From a virus, in the IMG/VR virus record IMGVR_UViG_3300019776_000564, positions 32,001 through 96,000 of that record: 64,000 bases of DNA. One strand, written 5' to 3'. Made by a program: the position numbers and the translations under genes. This document shows, in pieces, positions 8,185 to 16,441 of this stretch. How positions within the stretch are numbered: the first letter of the stretch is position 1; the number at the start of each line of letters is the position of its first letter. Under the pieces are notes generated by a model. That model saw only the letters and a program-made list of their open reading frames with translations. It was not told where the DNA came from and made no database searches.

Positions 8185-8787
8185 ATGGCTATGCCAAAGA
8201 CAATCGAAGTAGGCGGCGTTGTGATGCCTTGTCGCCAGATTAACGTCGGGACAAGCATCCTTGATGTGCCCAAAGGCATTGGTCGCAACAATCGGAACAA
8301 GTGCTGGCAGATAAAGATCATTCGCAAAGGCGAAGTTCTACTCTCCGGGCAGTTCACTGACGCTCAATATGGTGGCGCTCAGAAGTCGCTCGACGCCGCA
8401 CTCAAGCTTCTGGCCGACTCGAAGCTGGTTGAAGCGCCTAAAACACTGAAGCTAAGTGCCAGACTGTCATTATTCTGGGCTTTTAGCAGTGCGAACGTGC
8501 TGAGCTTGAGTGCAAGCTTGTACAACCAGAACACCGGCCGTAGTCACACGACCTACCTTATCAGCCACCATAAGCTGAAGTCTGGCAAGATCGACGGTCT
8601 TCATGAGAAGTTGTTAGGCGTTTACGTGAGAATGTGGGCTGAGGTGAACAACCTCAAAACGAGCGACGTCCCGGTCTTGCGAAGAATTGAGCTGGTTAAA
8701 ACCGTTGGCGACGTAATGAAGAGCAAAGAGTGGGAAGACTTCATGAGCTTGGGCGCTGAGTTAGCCGCCCAGAAAGAAAAGGCTTAA
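8185..8787 (+). CDS. putative AP2-like DNA-binding protein
   Basis: WQIKIIRKG...FTDAQYGGAQKSLDAA resembles the AP2 beta-sheet/helix motif. Confidence 0.5.
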   Translation: MAMPKTIEVGGVVMPCRQINVGTSILDVPKGIGRNNRNKCWQIKIIRKGEVLLSGQFTDAQYGGAQKSLDAALKLLADSKLVEAPKTLKLSARLSLFWAFSSANVLSLSASLYNQNTGRSHTTYLISHHKLKSGKIDGLHEKLLGVYVRMWAEVNNLKTSDVPVLRRIELVKTVGDVMKSKEWEDFMSLGAELAAQKEKA

Positions 8788-9020
8788 AGCGAATCCAGAG
8801 AAACCAGATACTTGCTTTCCAAAGCAACGTTTCCAAACCCATCAACTAAAAACCCCGCTCTCAATGCCTTGTCATCAATAATGACTGGCTGAGAAGCGGG
8901 GTTTTCTTCTTGTGCATCTGCAATCAACGAGAAAAGGTCACTCTGGCGATCACTTACGTCGATCAGTTTGAAGCCTTTACCGTCATCTACTATCAGGTAG
9001 TACATATGGCGTCTCCTCAA
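8784..9020 (-). CDS. hypothetical protein
   Basis: ORF; likely start ATG at 9005 after GAGGAG. Confidence 0.6.
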   Translation of the reverse strand: MRRRHMYYLIVDDGKGFKLIDVSDRQSDLFSLIADAQEENPASQPVIIDDKALRAGFLVDGFGNVALESKYLVSLDSL

Positions 9021-9043
9021 GAGTACGCCATTAACGTATCACA

Positions 9044-9304
9044 TCAGCCAATCTTCCGAAGATTAATACCTTCAGTATTCAGATGGTTAACGAGATCTTT
9101 GTAGCCACCGACGTGATACTGCCCGGAAGCATTGTCCATGATGATCTGGGGTAGTGTTCTTACCGGGCCGACCTTTTCTACAAGCTCTTGAGGCGTGAAC
9201 TGAGTAACCTCACTGAACTCCAACCCCTTCCGAGTCAGCAAGTCCTTTGCGTTCTTGCAGTCTGGGCAATTTGGCATGGTGTAAACGATATACAGAGCGG
9301 TCAT
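9044..9304 (-). CDS. glutaredoxin
   Basis: CPDC active site, TLPQI cis-Pro motif, HVGGY. Confidence 0.9.
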   Translation of the reverse strand: MTALYIVYTMPNCPDCKNAKDLLTRKGLEFSEVTQFTPQELVEKVGPVRTLPQIIMDNASGQYHVGGYKDLVNHLNTEGINLRKIG

Positions 9305-9382
9305 GGTGAAGTCCTATTGGTTTGAGCTAAATGTGGGTCTATGATAATGCTCGCACGATATAAAATCGACGGGGAAGTAGAT

Positions 9383-9892
9383 ATGACCACTATTGCTTAT
9401 GATGGGCGTTATTTGGCTGCCGATGGTCGTATGACCTGCGGGAATATCATCACCGGACACCAAGCGAAAAAGCTTCATCCGGTAACGATCTTTCTGCGAG
9501 GTGAAGAGCAGGAGGCAGTTGTATCTGGTAGCGGTAGCTATGCCGATATCATGAGTGCGGTTGAGTGGTTCAAACAGGGCTTTGACCCTGTAAGTTTCGA
9601 CGCTGAACAAGTCCGGCCGATGCTTGAAAAGGGTGAGGTCGACCTGCTGTTGCTGACAAGAAGCGGCGAACTGTATGGCGTAGATAGCTCGCTTCAAATC
9701 ATGCCAATGGAGTATCCGTACTCAAGCGGTTCGGGTATGCCCTTCTCGATGATGGGTATGCGCCTCGGTATGAACGCCGTTCAGTCTGTATACGAAGCCA
9801 TGAAGCATGACTGTGGCACTGGAGGTAAAGTAGCCTGCTTTGACACCGAAATCTGGGACTTCATCGACCCGGATACTGTGTGGAAGGAATAG
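9383..9892 (+). CDS. Ntn-hydrolase (HslV/proteasome beta-like) peptidase
   Basis: N-terminal MTTIAYDG..LAADGR, GSG motif, D..TGG near the C-terminus. Confidence 0.75.
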   Translation: MTTIAYDGRYLAADGRMTCGNIITGHQAKKLHPVTIFLRGEEQEAVVSGSGSYADIMSAVEWFKQGFDPVSFDAEQVRPMLEKGEVDLLLLTRSGELYGVDSSLQIMPMEYPYSSGSGMPFSMMGMRLGMNAVQSVYEAMKHDCGTGGKVACFDTEIWDFIDPDTVWKE

Positions 9893-10056
9893 CTTCTAGC
9901 GTTCCTGGCAAGCTTCTCTAAAGCACGCTAATAGCGTGCTTTTTCTTTAGCGCTATGCTGATACTCAGATATCTATAAAAGCGCTCAAAACGCACTACAG
10001 ACAGCTTCCCAATGAATAGATAATGCTCTGTTCTGAGTGCTTTTTAACAGACAACA

Positions 10057-10080
10057 AAAAGCCCTCTTTCGAGGGCTTTG
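10057..10080 (-). terminator. intrinsic terminator of the leftward operon
   Basis: on the minus strand AAAGCCCTC-gaaa-GAGGGCTTTTT. Confidence 0.8.
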
Positions 10081-10084
10081 GTTT

Positions 10085-10250
10085 CTGCTAGGAGTCGTTC
10101 CCTTCAGAAGGCAGGGTTAGAGGAGATCACAGATTTTGAGAGTTAGACGGAACCACAGCAGAATCTAACCCCTCGACAGGCTCTGCGAATTTCGTAGTGA
10201 CTCTCACGACCCACGGAGACTTGTCACCGCTACTTATTCACCTGTCGAAC
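10085..10250 (-). ncRNA. candidate structured non-coding RNA
   Basis: nested helices TCGACAGG/CCTGTCGA, GTAG..GTGAC/GTCACTAC and GGGTTAGA/TCTAACCC in a gap without a credible ORF, before a terminator. Confidence 0.4.
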
Positions 10251-10555
10251 CCAAGCAACACAACAACGCACAGCAGGAAACTTGACACTCAGAGATTACG
10301 ACAACTCTTTTCGATTTGCCATAAAAATCTTCACTCAGAACGACACGGTTTACAATCCACCACCCGAAAGTGTTTGTCGTGTGGCCGAAACTTACGACCG
10401 GGGATCAATCCGGCGCTATACAATCGGCTCTGACCGCAATCTCGGGAGTGTCTAGAATCCCAAGATGTTTTGGTCAACAAGGCTGCGTACTGAAACACCG
10501 CTAGCCGTGTCGTTCTGAGTGAAGACTTTTCAGTCTTCACCTTACAACTTACAAC

Positions 10556-10942
10556 TTACTTGCGCAGGCTTTTGGTCAGATAACCGCCAATTGCCATAGC
10601 GGAAGCTTCAAAGTTGCCGGCCCATTCCCACTCACCCAAAACCCACCGCTTGAACGTTTGTTCGTCCAGTTCAACCTGAGCTTGAACCGACATTTCGATC
10701 ATGGCGATAGCACGCTCGAAATCTTTCGAGAAGTTGCCGGGTTGTTGCAGACGAAAGTGGATATCGGACAGATCACCAGTCTTGGCGCGCTCGACAGCCT
10801 GTTCCAGAAAATCGACCGCAGCCTGCTTGAATCCGGCATCAGCGATCTTGAACTCGGCCTGATGCTTTTCCAGACCAGCGCGAAGCTTCTCCAGAAGATC
10901 AGCCTTGTTAACAGTAATCTTGCGGTCGTTACCTACAAACAT
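10556..10942 (-). CDS. hypothetical protein
   Basis: 128 aa, GGAG RBS, good codon usage. Confidence 0.8.
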   Translation of the reverse strand: MFVGNDRKITVNKADLLEKLRAGLEKHQAEFKIADAGFKQAAVDFLEQAVERAKTGDLSDIHFRLQQPGNFSKDFERAIAMIEMSVQAQVELDEQTFKRWVLGEWEWAGNFEASAMAIGGYLTKSLRK

Positions 10943-10949
10943 GGTCTAA

Positions 10950-11090
10950 CTCCGATGGTTTGTGAAAACTTAGGTCTGAACCATCGTATTGATCAGCGTT
11001 TCGTCACTGACATACGGGATTCCACTGTGGCCACAGTCCGCGTCTTTACCTTTAGACGACAATGCAAATGGCTCAGACCTAAATTTTCAA
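10950..11090 (-). ncRNA. candidate cis-regulatory structured RNA (5' leader of 10556-10942)
   Basis: 20-bp closing stem with two G.U pairs on the minus strand enclosing three hairpins. Confidence 0.45.
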
Positions 11091-11207
11091 GAAAGCAGGC
11101 TCGCGCCGGCGGCCTGCTTTCTAAGTCATCAATTCTATATTCATCGCCTCGCTTAGAGGTCGGCTCGGAGGTTTAACGGGCCTCTGCTCGACCTCTAACG
11201 AGGCAGT

Positions 11208-11405
11208 TCACTCCTTTGGAGTGGTTTCGGCGCTAGGTTTGGTTTTGATCAAAGGCAGGATCAAAACCAGAAGAAGAACTGCAAGGAACCCGTCTGCGCA
11301 CACGCTGATGATCCGGGATACGCTATCGATCACCACAATGCCAGCAAGAAGGATCATGATGAGAATCGCCCGAAGGCGACTCCCGATCTCTGTGACCCAG
11401 GCCAT
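11208..11405 (-). CDS. small membrane protein
   Basis: 65 aa with two hydrophobic segments, coupled to the terB-like gene. Confidence 0.7.
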   Translation of the reverse strand: MAWVTEIGSRLRAILIMILLAGIVVIDSVSRIISVCADGFLAVLLLVLILPLIKTKPSAETTPKE

Positions 11406-11851
11406 CAGTCTTCAAAGTCCTTCAGGTTCAGGCCCATCCACTTGGCAGCCTGTTCCAGAGCTTTGCGCTCGCCTTCGTCGATGCCGCCTTCGTCGGCGAT
11501 GGTCAGCATGATGTTCATGACGGTCTTGGCTTCTTCCGGGCTGTGCTTGAGATCGCTCAACTCTTTCTCGGCGTTCTGACGCAGAATGCGACGACCACCA
11601 TCGCGGAAGTCAGCTTCAGCGCGGTCGATGGTGTCGGACAGTTCAGCACCGAAGCCTTTCAGCATAGGGTTGTTAGCGATCAGCTTTTCGGTCTTTTTCA
11701 GTTCTGTCTCGCTCAGATCGCCATCAGCAGCAGCGACGAAGACTGCACCGTAGACGACGCCCTGCATCAGATCGCGGTTCATGTTTTTAGCCATCGCTGC
11801 CTGAGCTTCTGCGGTGGTCTTTTTGAATTTCTTGCCGAACATGCCGAACAT
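11405..11851 (-). CDS. TerB-family protein
   Basis: VAAADGDLSETE and IADEGGIDEGE duplicated metal-binding motifs; start 11851 after GGAG. Confidence 0.8.
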   Translation of the reverse strand: MFGMFGKKFKKTTAEAQAAMAKNMNRDLMQGVVYGAVFVAAADGDLSETELKKTEKLIANNPMLKGFGAELSDTIDRAEADFRDGGRRILRQNAEKELSDLKHSPEEAKTVMNIMLTIADEGGIDEGERKALEQAAKWMGLNLKDFED

Positions 11852-11865
11852 TGTGAATCTCCTAA

Positions 11866-12390
11866 TTAACGAGTCCATGACTCGATCTTTACCCTGTCTT
11901 GCGGAATTGCAAGGTTCAGAGTAAGCACACCAGCCTTTTTAGCGGTTCTGATGTACCTTTCAACGTGATCGCCGGGTTCAGACCAGCAAATCAGCATCTT
12001 TGCAACGCTCACTCGGTCAAGACCGTAAATCAGTGAGTTTGAAACTATCTCCCACTGTCTCTCTGACAAAGGAAGCATCAGAAAGCCCGGGTTTATTGAG
12101 CGAGCAAAGGTGGCATCACCACTCGACGGAGAAGTATCCGAAGGTATGGCCCAGGGAGAGTACGACTTTACAATCGCATCATCCCGGTCAAGCGATTCGT
12201 CTATGAATCCACACGGCACAAACGAATGAAACATGCCCATAGAACCACTGATGAACGCTTTGTCTGCGTTATTCTGCTCGCTGCATCGAAGCATGATGCC
12301 TTTACCTCGCATCACTTTAGCCATTCGAGTCATAAGGCTGAGAACGTCAGAAGGAGTGTTGCTTGAACCACCTGCTGCATAAGCTCTCAT
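11866..12390 (-). CDS. DprA/SLOG-like protein (divergent)
   Basis: YAAGGSSNTP...LRCSEQNNADKAF resembles the phage YAGIGSRETP...LRSGGA.GAD motif. Confidence 0.55.
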   Translation of the reverse strand: MRAYAAGGSSNTPSDVLSLMTRMAKVMRGKGIMLRCSEQNNADKAFISGSMGMFHSFVPCGFIDESLDRDDAIVKSYSPWAIPSDTSPSSGDATFARSINPGFLMLPLSERQWEIVSNSLIYGLDRVSVAKMLICWSEPGDHVERYIRTAKKAGVLTLNLAIPQDRVKIESWTR

Positions 12391-12424
12391 CTTTATTTCT
12401 CTTGTCGCTGCGTTTCGATGAGTG

Positions 12425-12453
12425 AACTTTATAGACGCTGTGTAAGGTTAGCA
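12425..12453 (-). promoter_or_regulatory. sigma70-like promoter with CCTTACACAG motif in the spacer
   Basis: minus strand TTGCTA-17 nt (ACCTTACACAGCGTCTA)-TAAAGT. Confidence 0.55.
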
Positions 12454-12552
12454 AGCGCTTTGTGTAAGTTTTTTATTGAAGCCCACTTAAGATGATTGGA
12501 TAAAAATCTCTTGCAAACCTTTCAGACGCTCGGATAGTATCCACTTCGTTGA

Positions 12553-12629
12553 TGCGGGTTAGCTCAGACGGTCAGAGCGGCGGACTCATAATCCACAGGT
12601 CACTGGTTCAAATCCAGTACCCGCATCCA
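12553..12629 (+). tRNA. tRNA with CAT anticodon (Met or Ile2)
   Basis: acceptor TGCGGGT/ACCCGCA, anticodon loop CTCATAA, TTCAAAT T-loop, encoded CCA. Confidence 0.9.
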
Positions 12630-12635
12630 GTTTCT

Positions 12636-12711
12636 TGGGGTATAGCTCAGTTGGTAGAGCAAACGGCTGTTAACCGTTAGGTCACTGGTTCGAGTCCAGT
12701 TTCCCCAGCCA
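12636..12711 (+). tRNA. tRNA-Asn(GTT)
   Basis: AACGG-CTGTTAA-CCGTT anticodon arm, GGTTCGAGTCC, G73 + CCA. Confidence 0.92.
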
Positions 12712-12714
12712 AAA

Positions 12715-12808
12715 GCGAGAATCTCGGTGTAATCCTCAGAAAGGTCTGTTGATTCACAGCGAGAGTCGAGAAATCAACCGGCGTGGTGCCGCCGTTCTCG
12801 CAGCACCA
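12715..12808 (+). ncRNA. degenerate tRNA-like element
   Basis: GCGAGAA/TTCTCGC acceptor-like stem, CGGCG/CGCCG arm, ends in ACCA, but no TTC loop. Confidence 0.35.
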
Positions 12809-12815
12809 AGATTTC

Positions 12816-12900
12816 GTCGTTTGATTCCACTCTGGGAAGTGGTAGGGGCTGTAACCCCCGAGTCGTTGACTGCGTGGTTCGATTCCATCAAACGGCACCA
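12816..12900 (+). tRNA. atypical tRNA-Tyr(GTA) with long variable arm
   Basis: GGGG-CTGTAAC-CCCC anticodon arm, TTCGATT T-loop, A73 + CCA; acceptor pairs as 8-9 bp. Confidence 0.75.
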
Positions 12901-12905
12901 AATAT

Positions 12906-12982
12906 TGGTGATTAGCTCAGTCGGATAGAGCATCCGCCTTCTAAGCGGATGGTCACAGGTTCAAGTCCTGTATCACCAACCA
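12906..12982 (+). tRNA. tRNA-Arg(TCT)
   Basis: TGGTGAT/ATCACCA acceptor, TCCGC-CTTCTAA-GCGGA, CCA. Confidence 0.92.
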
Positions 12983-12986
12983 GACA

Positions 12987-13013
12987 AAAGCCCCTTAAGT
13001 AAGGGGCTTTTTG
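12987..13013. terminator. bidirectional terminator
   Basis: AAAAGCCCCTTA-ag-TAAGGGGCTTTTT between the convergent tRNA and helicase units. Confidence 0.8.
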
Positions 13014-13031
13014 TTGTCTGAAAATCACTGC

Positions 13032-14726
13032 TTATATAGAGAGCTTTTTCAGACCAAAGGATTCAAAGTCGAACGACTTTACGATGTTCTCCCCAAATCC
13101 CGGCGTCTCCTGAATGATTCTCAGGCACTCTCTGCTGTGACTGTTAGTGTGGTTGTTCCAGTTGTCGTTGAACATGACGACAAAGCACACGTTCGGGCCT
13201 GATTTTTTAGAGCGAAGACCTCGACCGATTCTCTGGCGAACAGCCACTTCCGCTTTGCCGCCTCCAGCGAGAATAACCATCCCAACGGATGGAACGTCAA
13301 CGCCGACATCAAGAATGGTTGTACCGATCAGAACATCAAGCTTGCCGGCTCCGAGCATATCCAGAGCTTTCTGACGTTCCTCCTGCGAGTCCTCACCTCT
13401 AATGAACTCAGCACGAAGACCTGCCGCTTTGAGAAGATTCTTGAGGATGTCGCCGTGATCAGTGCGCTGGACAAGAATCATGGTGGTCAAACCATATTTC
13501 TTGGCCTCAATTGCGTGCTTCAGGATCTGGGTATTCCGACCCGGGTTCTTAACGATCCCGCGCTCGTAAGCTACAGGGAAAGCAGAGCCTCTGTTTACGC
13601 CCGCGCATGGAGTGCTATCAACGAACTTGAAGTATGGCGTGGCGAGAATGCCCTTATCGATAAGCTCCTTCTCCGAGACTCGAATGCCGATCGTACCTGC
13701 GACGGCTGCCAATCTCATGTTCGCTTCCTGCGAATCCTTCATGTTTGGGGTCGCAGTAAGTGCCAGGCGATAGTTGGCGTTCGTCATGGCATTACAGAGG
13801 TCGAAGAACCCGGTGCCGGATACTTCATGAGCCTCTTCGAGGGTCAGAAAGCCTATGCACTCAAGGAACTTAACCGTTTCGGCTCTTACCTTGGCTTTCT
13901 TGTCTGCCGTCGCTTGAGCCTTCGTTCTTACCTCGCGCTCATCAATGGCATACTTCTCGTTTACCTTTTTCTTGAGATATTCGATCTTGTCCAGAACGGA
14001 TTTATCGGCTTTTCTCAGAAGGGCCGGGTTGACTGGAAGGTTTGCCTTTTTCAGAACCTCTTCGATCTTCTTATCCAGCATAGAAACATGCTTGTCCAAG
14101 AGTCGGTTTAGCTCGATCTCAAACGAGGACTCTTCCATTCTTGATACGAGGGTATCAACGATGGCGAAGTTCACGCCATTTGGTTGAGGGTTCCAGTGAC
14201 CATCACCTAGAAAACCGATCGGTCTAGATGATTTGACCGATTTGTACCCTTTAGCCATCTGGTACATAAGCGATTTTCGAGTGGTGATGAACAGTGTGGG
14301 TAGATTCAAGCGCTCACAGCACAATTTAAAGATCTCAGACTTACCCCCACCCGTTGCCACTTGCGCTGTCATGCGCTGTAGCTGCACCAGACGCTGCATC
14401 GTCTTCGTTTGATAGTCGTATCGCGGGTCAGCAGGGAAGTCGCTCACAACGGGCTGTAGAGGGCCGGCAGGGTCTGGAACGACTTTGCCTTTTACGATCA
14501 CTCTGTAGCCATGTTTCTCCAGAGTATTTCTTACCAGTCTAACGAAGCCGGTAGGGAAGAAGTCTTTGCTCATATCGAACATTGAGCCATGAGCTACGCC
14601 CATGCCTTTGATACCACTCTCAATCTTGTAGGAGAGCAGTTCGTTCACGATAAGCCTTGCATTGCGATCTGGCTCGATCAGTCTCGCCCGCACAGCGTTG
14701 TGGACGATTTTCAAAGTTTTGGACAT
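13032..14726 (-). CDS. superfamily 2 (DExH-like) helicase
   Basis: ATGGGKS Walker A, LEEAH Walker B variant, TAT motif III, GVDVP, QRIGRGLR motif VI. Confidence 0.88.
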   Translation of the reverse strand: MSKTLKIVHNAVRARLIEPDRNARLIVNELLSYKIESGIKGMGVAHGSMFDMSKDFFPTGFVRLVRNTLEKHGYRVIVKGKVVPDPAGPLQPVVSDFPADPRYDYQTKTMQRLVQLQRMTAQVATGGGKSEIFKLCCERLNLPTLFITTRKSLMYQMAKGYKSVKSSRPIGFLGDGHWNPQPNGVNFAIVDTLVSRMEESSFEIELNRLLDKHVSMLDKKIEEVLKKANLPVNPALLRKADKSVLDKIEYLKKKVNEKYAIDEREVRTKAQATADKKAKVRAETVKFLECIGFLTLEEAHEVSGTGFFDLCNAMTNANYRLALTATPNMKDSQEANMRLAAVAGTIGIRVSEKELIDKGILATPYFKFVDSTPCAGVNRGSAFPVAYERGIVKNPGRNTQILKHAIEAKKYGLTTMILVQRTDHGDILKNLLKAAGLRAEFIRGEDSQEERQKALDMLGAGKLDVLIGTTILDVGVDVPSVGMVILAGGGKAEVAVRQRIGRGLRSKKSGPNVCFVVMFNDNWNNHTNSHSRECLRIIQETPGFGENIVKSFDFESFGLKKLSI

Positions 14727-14806
14727 AGATCACTTCCACTATTAGGTGTCAACCGCTATTGTACAACCACTGTAAGGTTATCAACCAACACTAACAAGGC
14801 AAACCA

Positions 14807-15592
14807 ATGATTGACGACGATTTCTCCGATCTTGACGACCTGGAAATGAACCTCAACGACCTCGCCGCTGTAAATGAGGCAATCGAAAAGGCCAAGATCG
14901 TACCTACAACAGAGATGGACGTTGAGTATGCAAACCCTCACGACCTTCTACCGAACCCCTGGAATCCAAACTCTGTAGACCCGGTAAACCAAGCAAAGCT
15001 TGAGAACTCCATCAAGCGTGATGGCATCAAGCGCCCTATCGTTGTTCGTCAGCTTGATAACGGCGATTTCCAGATCATCGGCGGTCAGCACCGAACAGAA
15101 GCAGCTATTGAGCTTGGCATGAAGAAAGTGCCAATCATCAACAGAGGCAAGATCAGCGATGCAGAGGCGAAGAAAGAAACGCTTCTGGACAACTATCGAT
15201 ACGGCTCAGACAACCTTGATCGACTGTCCGCCCTTCTGAGTGACCCTGAGATTGGCGACGCCGCTACCCTGCTCGACACTATGCCTATCGATGAAGAGGA
15301 ACTGGCCGAATACTTCAGCCACGTAACCTCTGAAAACATAGATATGGAGATCGAAGACGCTTTGGATGACGGCACAAAATCGGACGATGAAGACGACGAT
15401 GTTGTAGATTTGAGTACCGGCAAGCCTCTGAGAACTCACCAGATTATTCGGTTCCGCGTTTCAATCGAAGATCAGACAAAACTGGCTGAACTGCTGAAGA
15501 AGGTAAAGATTGACGAGGGCTATGTGACCTCAGACGACCTTACCAATGATGGTGACGCTTTGATTCACATGCTGAGAGATCAGTTTGAATGA
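14807..15592 (+). CDS. ParB/Srx-like domain protein
   Basis: PNPWNPN, PIVVR, IIGGQHR motifs. Confidence 0.85.
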   Translation: MIDDDFSDLDDLEMNLNDLAAVNEAIEKAKIVPTTEMDVEYANPHDLLPNPWNPNSVDPVNQAKLENSIKRDGIKRPIVVRQLDNGDFQIIGGQHRTEAAIELGMKKVPIINRGKISDAEAKKETLLDNYRYGSDNLDRLSALLSDPEIGDAATLLDTMPIDEEELAEYFSHVTSENIDMEIEDALDDGTKSDDEDDDVVDLSTGKPLRTHQIIRFRVSIEDQTKLAELLKKVKIDEGYVTSDDLTNDGDALIHMLRDQFE

Positions 15593-15756
15593 CCAATCAA
15601 AGCGAAAAGAACTCGGTAGAAGAAAGAATACGCCGGCGAGAAATTATCGAAAAGGCGGCTCAGAAAGCCAGAGAAAAAGAAGAACGAAGACCGATGAACC
15701 CGGACTACGACTTCTCCTGGGAAAACACCAATTTCGAGAGAAACGACTATGACTGA
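15589..15756 (+). CDS. small hypothetical protein (below the ORF-track cutoff)
   Basis: 55 aa MTNQSEKNSVEERIRRRE..., overlaps both ParB genes. Confidence 0.45.
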   Translation: MTNQSEKNSVEERIRRREIIEKAAQKAREKEERRPMNPDYDFSWENTNFERNDYD

Positions 15757-16441
15757 AGCCTACCAAAAGAAAGACGAGATCTGGTCTATTGACCGCCTTG
15801 TCCCTTATGCAATGAACAGCAAGAAGCACGACCCTAAACAGGTCGCTAAAATTGCTGCGTCCATCAGCAAGCACGGGTGGACTACAAGGATCATCGTTGA
15901 GCCGGATGGGACGATCATTGCGGGCCATGGTCGACGACTAGCGGCAATCGATCTGATGCAGGAGAAGGTTCCAGTTACAGTCCTTCACGGTATCAGCAAG
16001 GAGCAAGCAAAAGCTCTGCGGATCATCGACAACAAGACGAACGAAGGTGGTCACGACACTGCGATCCTCAGTCAGGAGCTTAAAGAGCTTATTCTGGAAG
16101 ATGGCATTGATATGAGTGACTTCTTCGATGTCCGGGATCTGAGCTTCGCCATTGAAGATCTTGGCGAACTGGATATGGAAAGTCTCAGTCCTGATATCAC
16201 ACCAGAAGTTGCTGAGCAAACCACCAGAACCGAGCAGCAAATCGAAGAGACTGATGAGAACGAGGTTAGCCTTACAAAGGCAATCGGCATCAGCAGAATC
16301 AGTGGTTCGCAGGCGAGAGAAATGAAGCGCTATGTCGGCTTTGCTCAGGACTACTACAACTGCGACCCAGCAGAAGCGATGCTGAGAGCGTTGGAAGACT
16401 GGTATAGCGGCAATAAGCTGGATGAGGATGACTGCAAATGA
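15749..16441 (+). CDS. second ParB/Srx-like domain protein
   Basis: LVPYAMNSKKH, IIAGHGRRLAA, LRIIDNK: ParB type often linked to phage DNA-modification enzymes. Confidence 0.85.
   Translation: MTEAYQKKDEIWSIDRLVPYAMNSKKHDPKQVAKIAASISKHGWTTRIIVEPDGTIIAGHGRRLAAIDLMQEKVPVTVLHGISKEQAKALRIIDNKTNEGGHDTAILSQELKELILEDGIDMSDFFDVRDLSFAIEDLGELDMESLSPDITPEVAEQTTRTEQQIEETDENEVSLTKAIGISRISGSQAREMKRYVGFAQDYYNCDPAEAMLRALEDWYSGNKLDEDDCK

Noticed and set aside
10985-11065. hammerhead ribozyme
   Set aside because: A GAAA is present but the CUGANGA core is not found in the right arrangement on either strand.
10658-11176. 172-aa + strand ORF
   Set aside because: Overlaps a better minus-strand gene and a structured leader; no RBS.
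14807-16441. plasmid partition (ParABS) locus
   Set aside because: No ParA and no obvious HTH; these resemble ParB/Srx domains found near terminases. A phage-plasmid lifestyle cannot be decided from this window.
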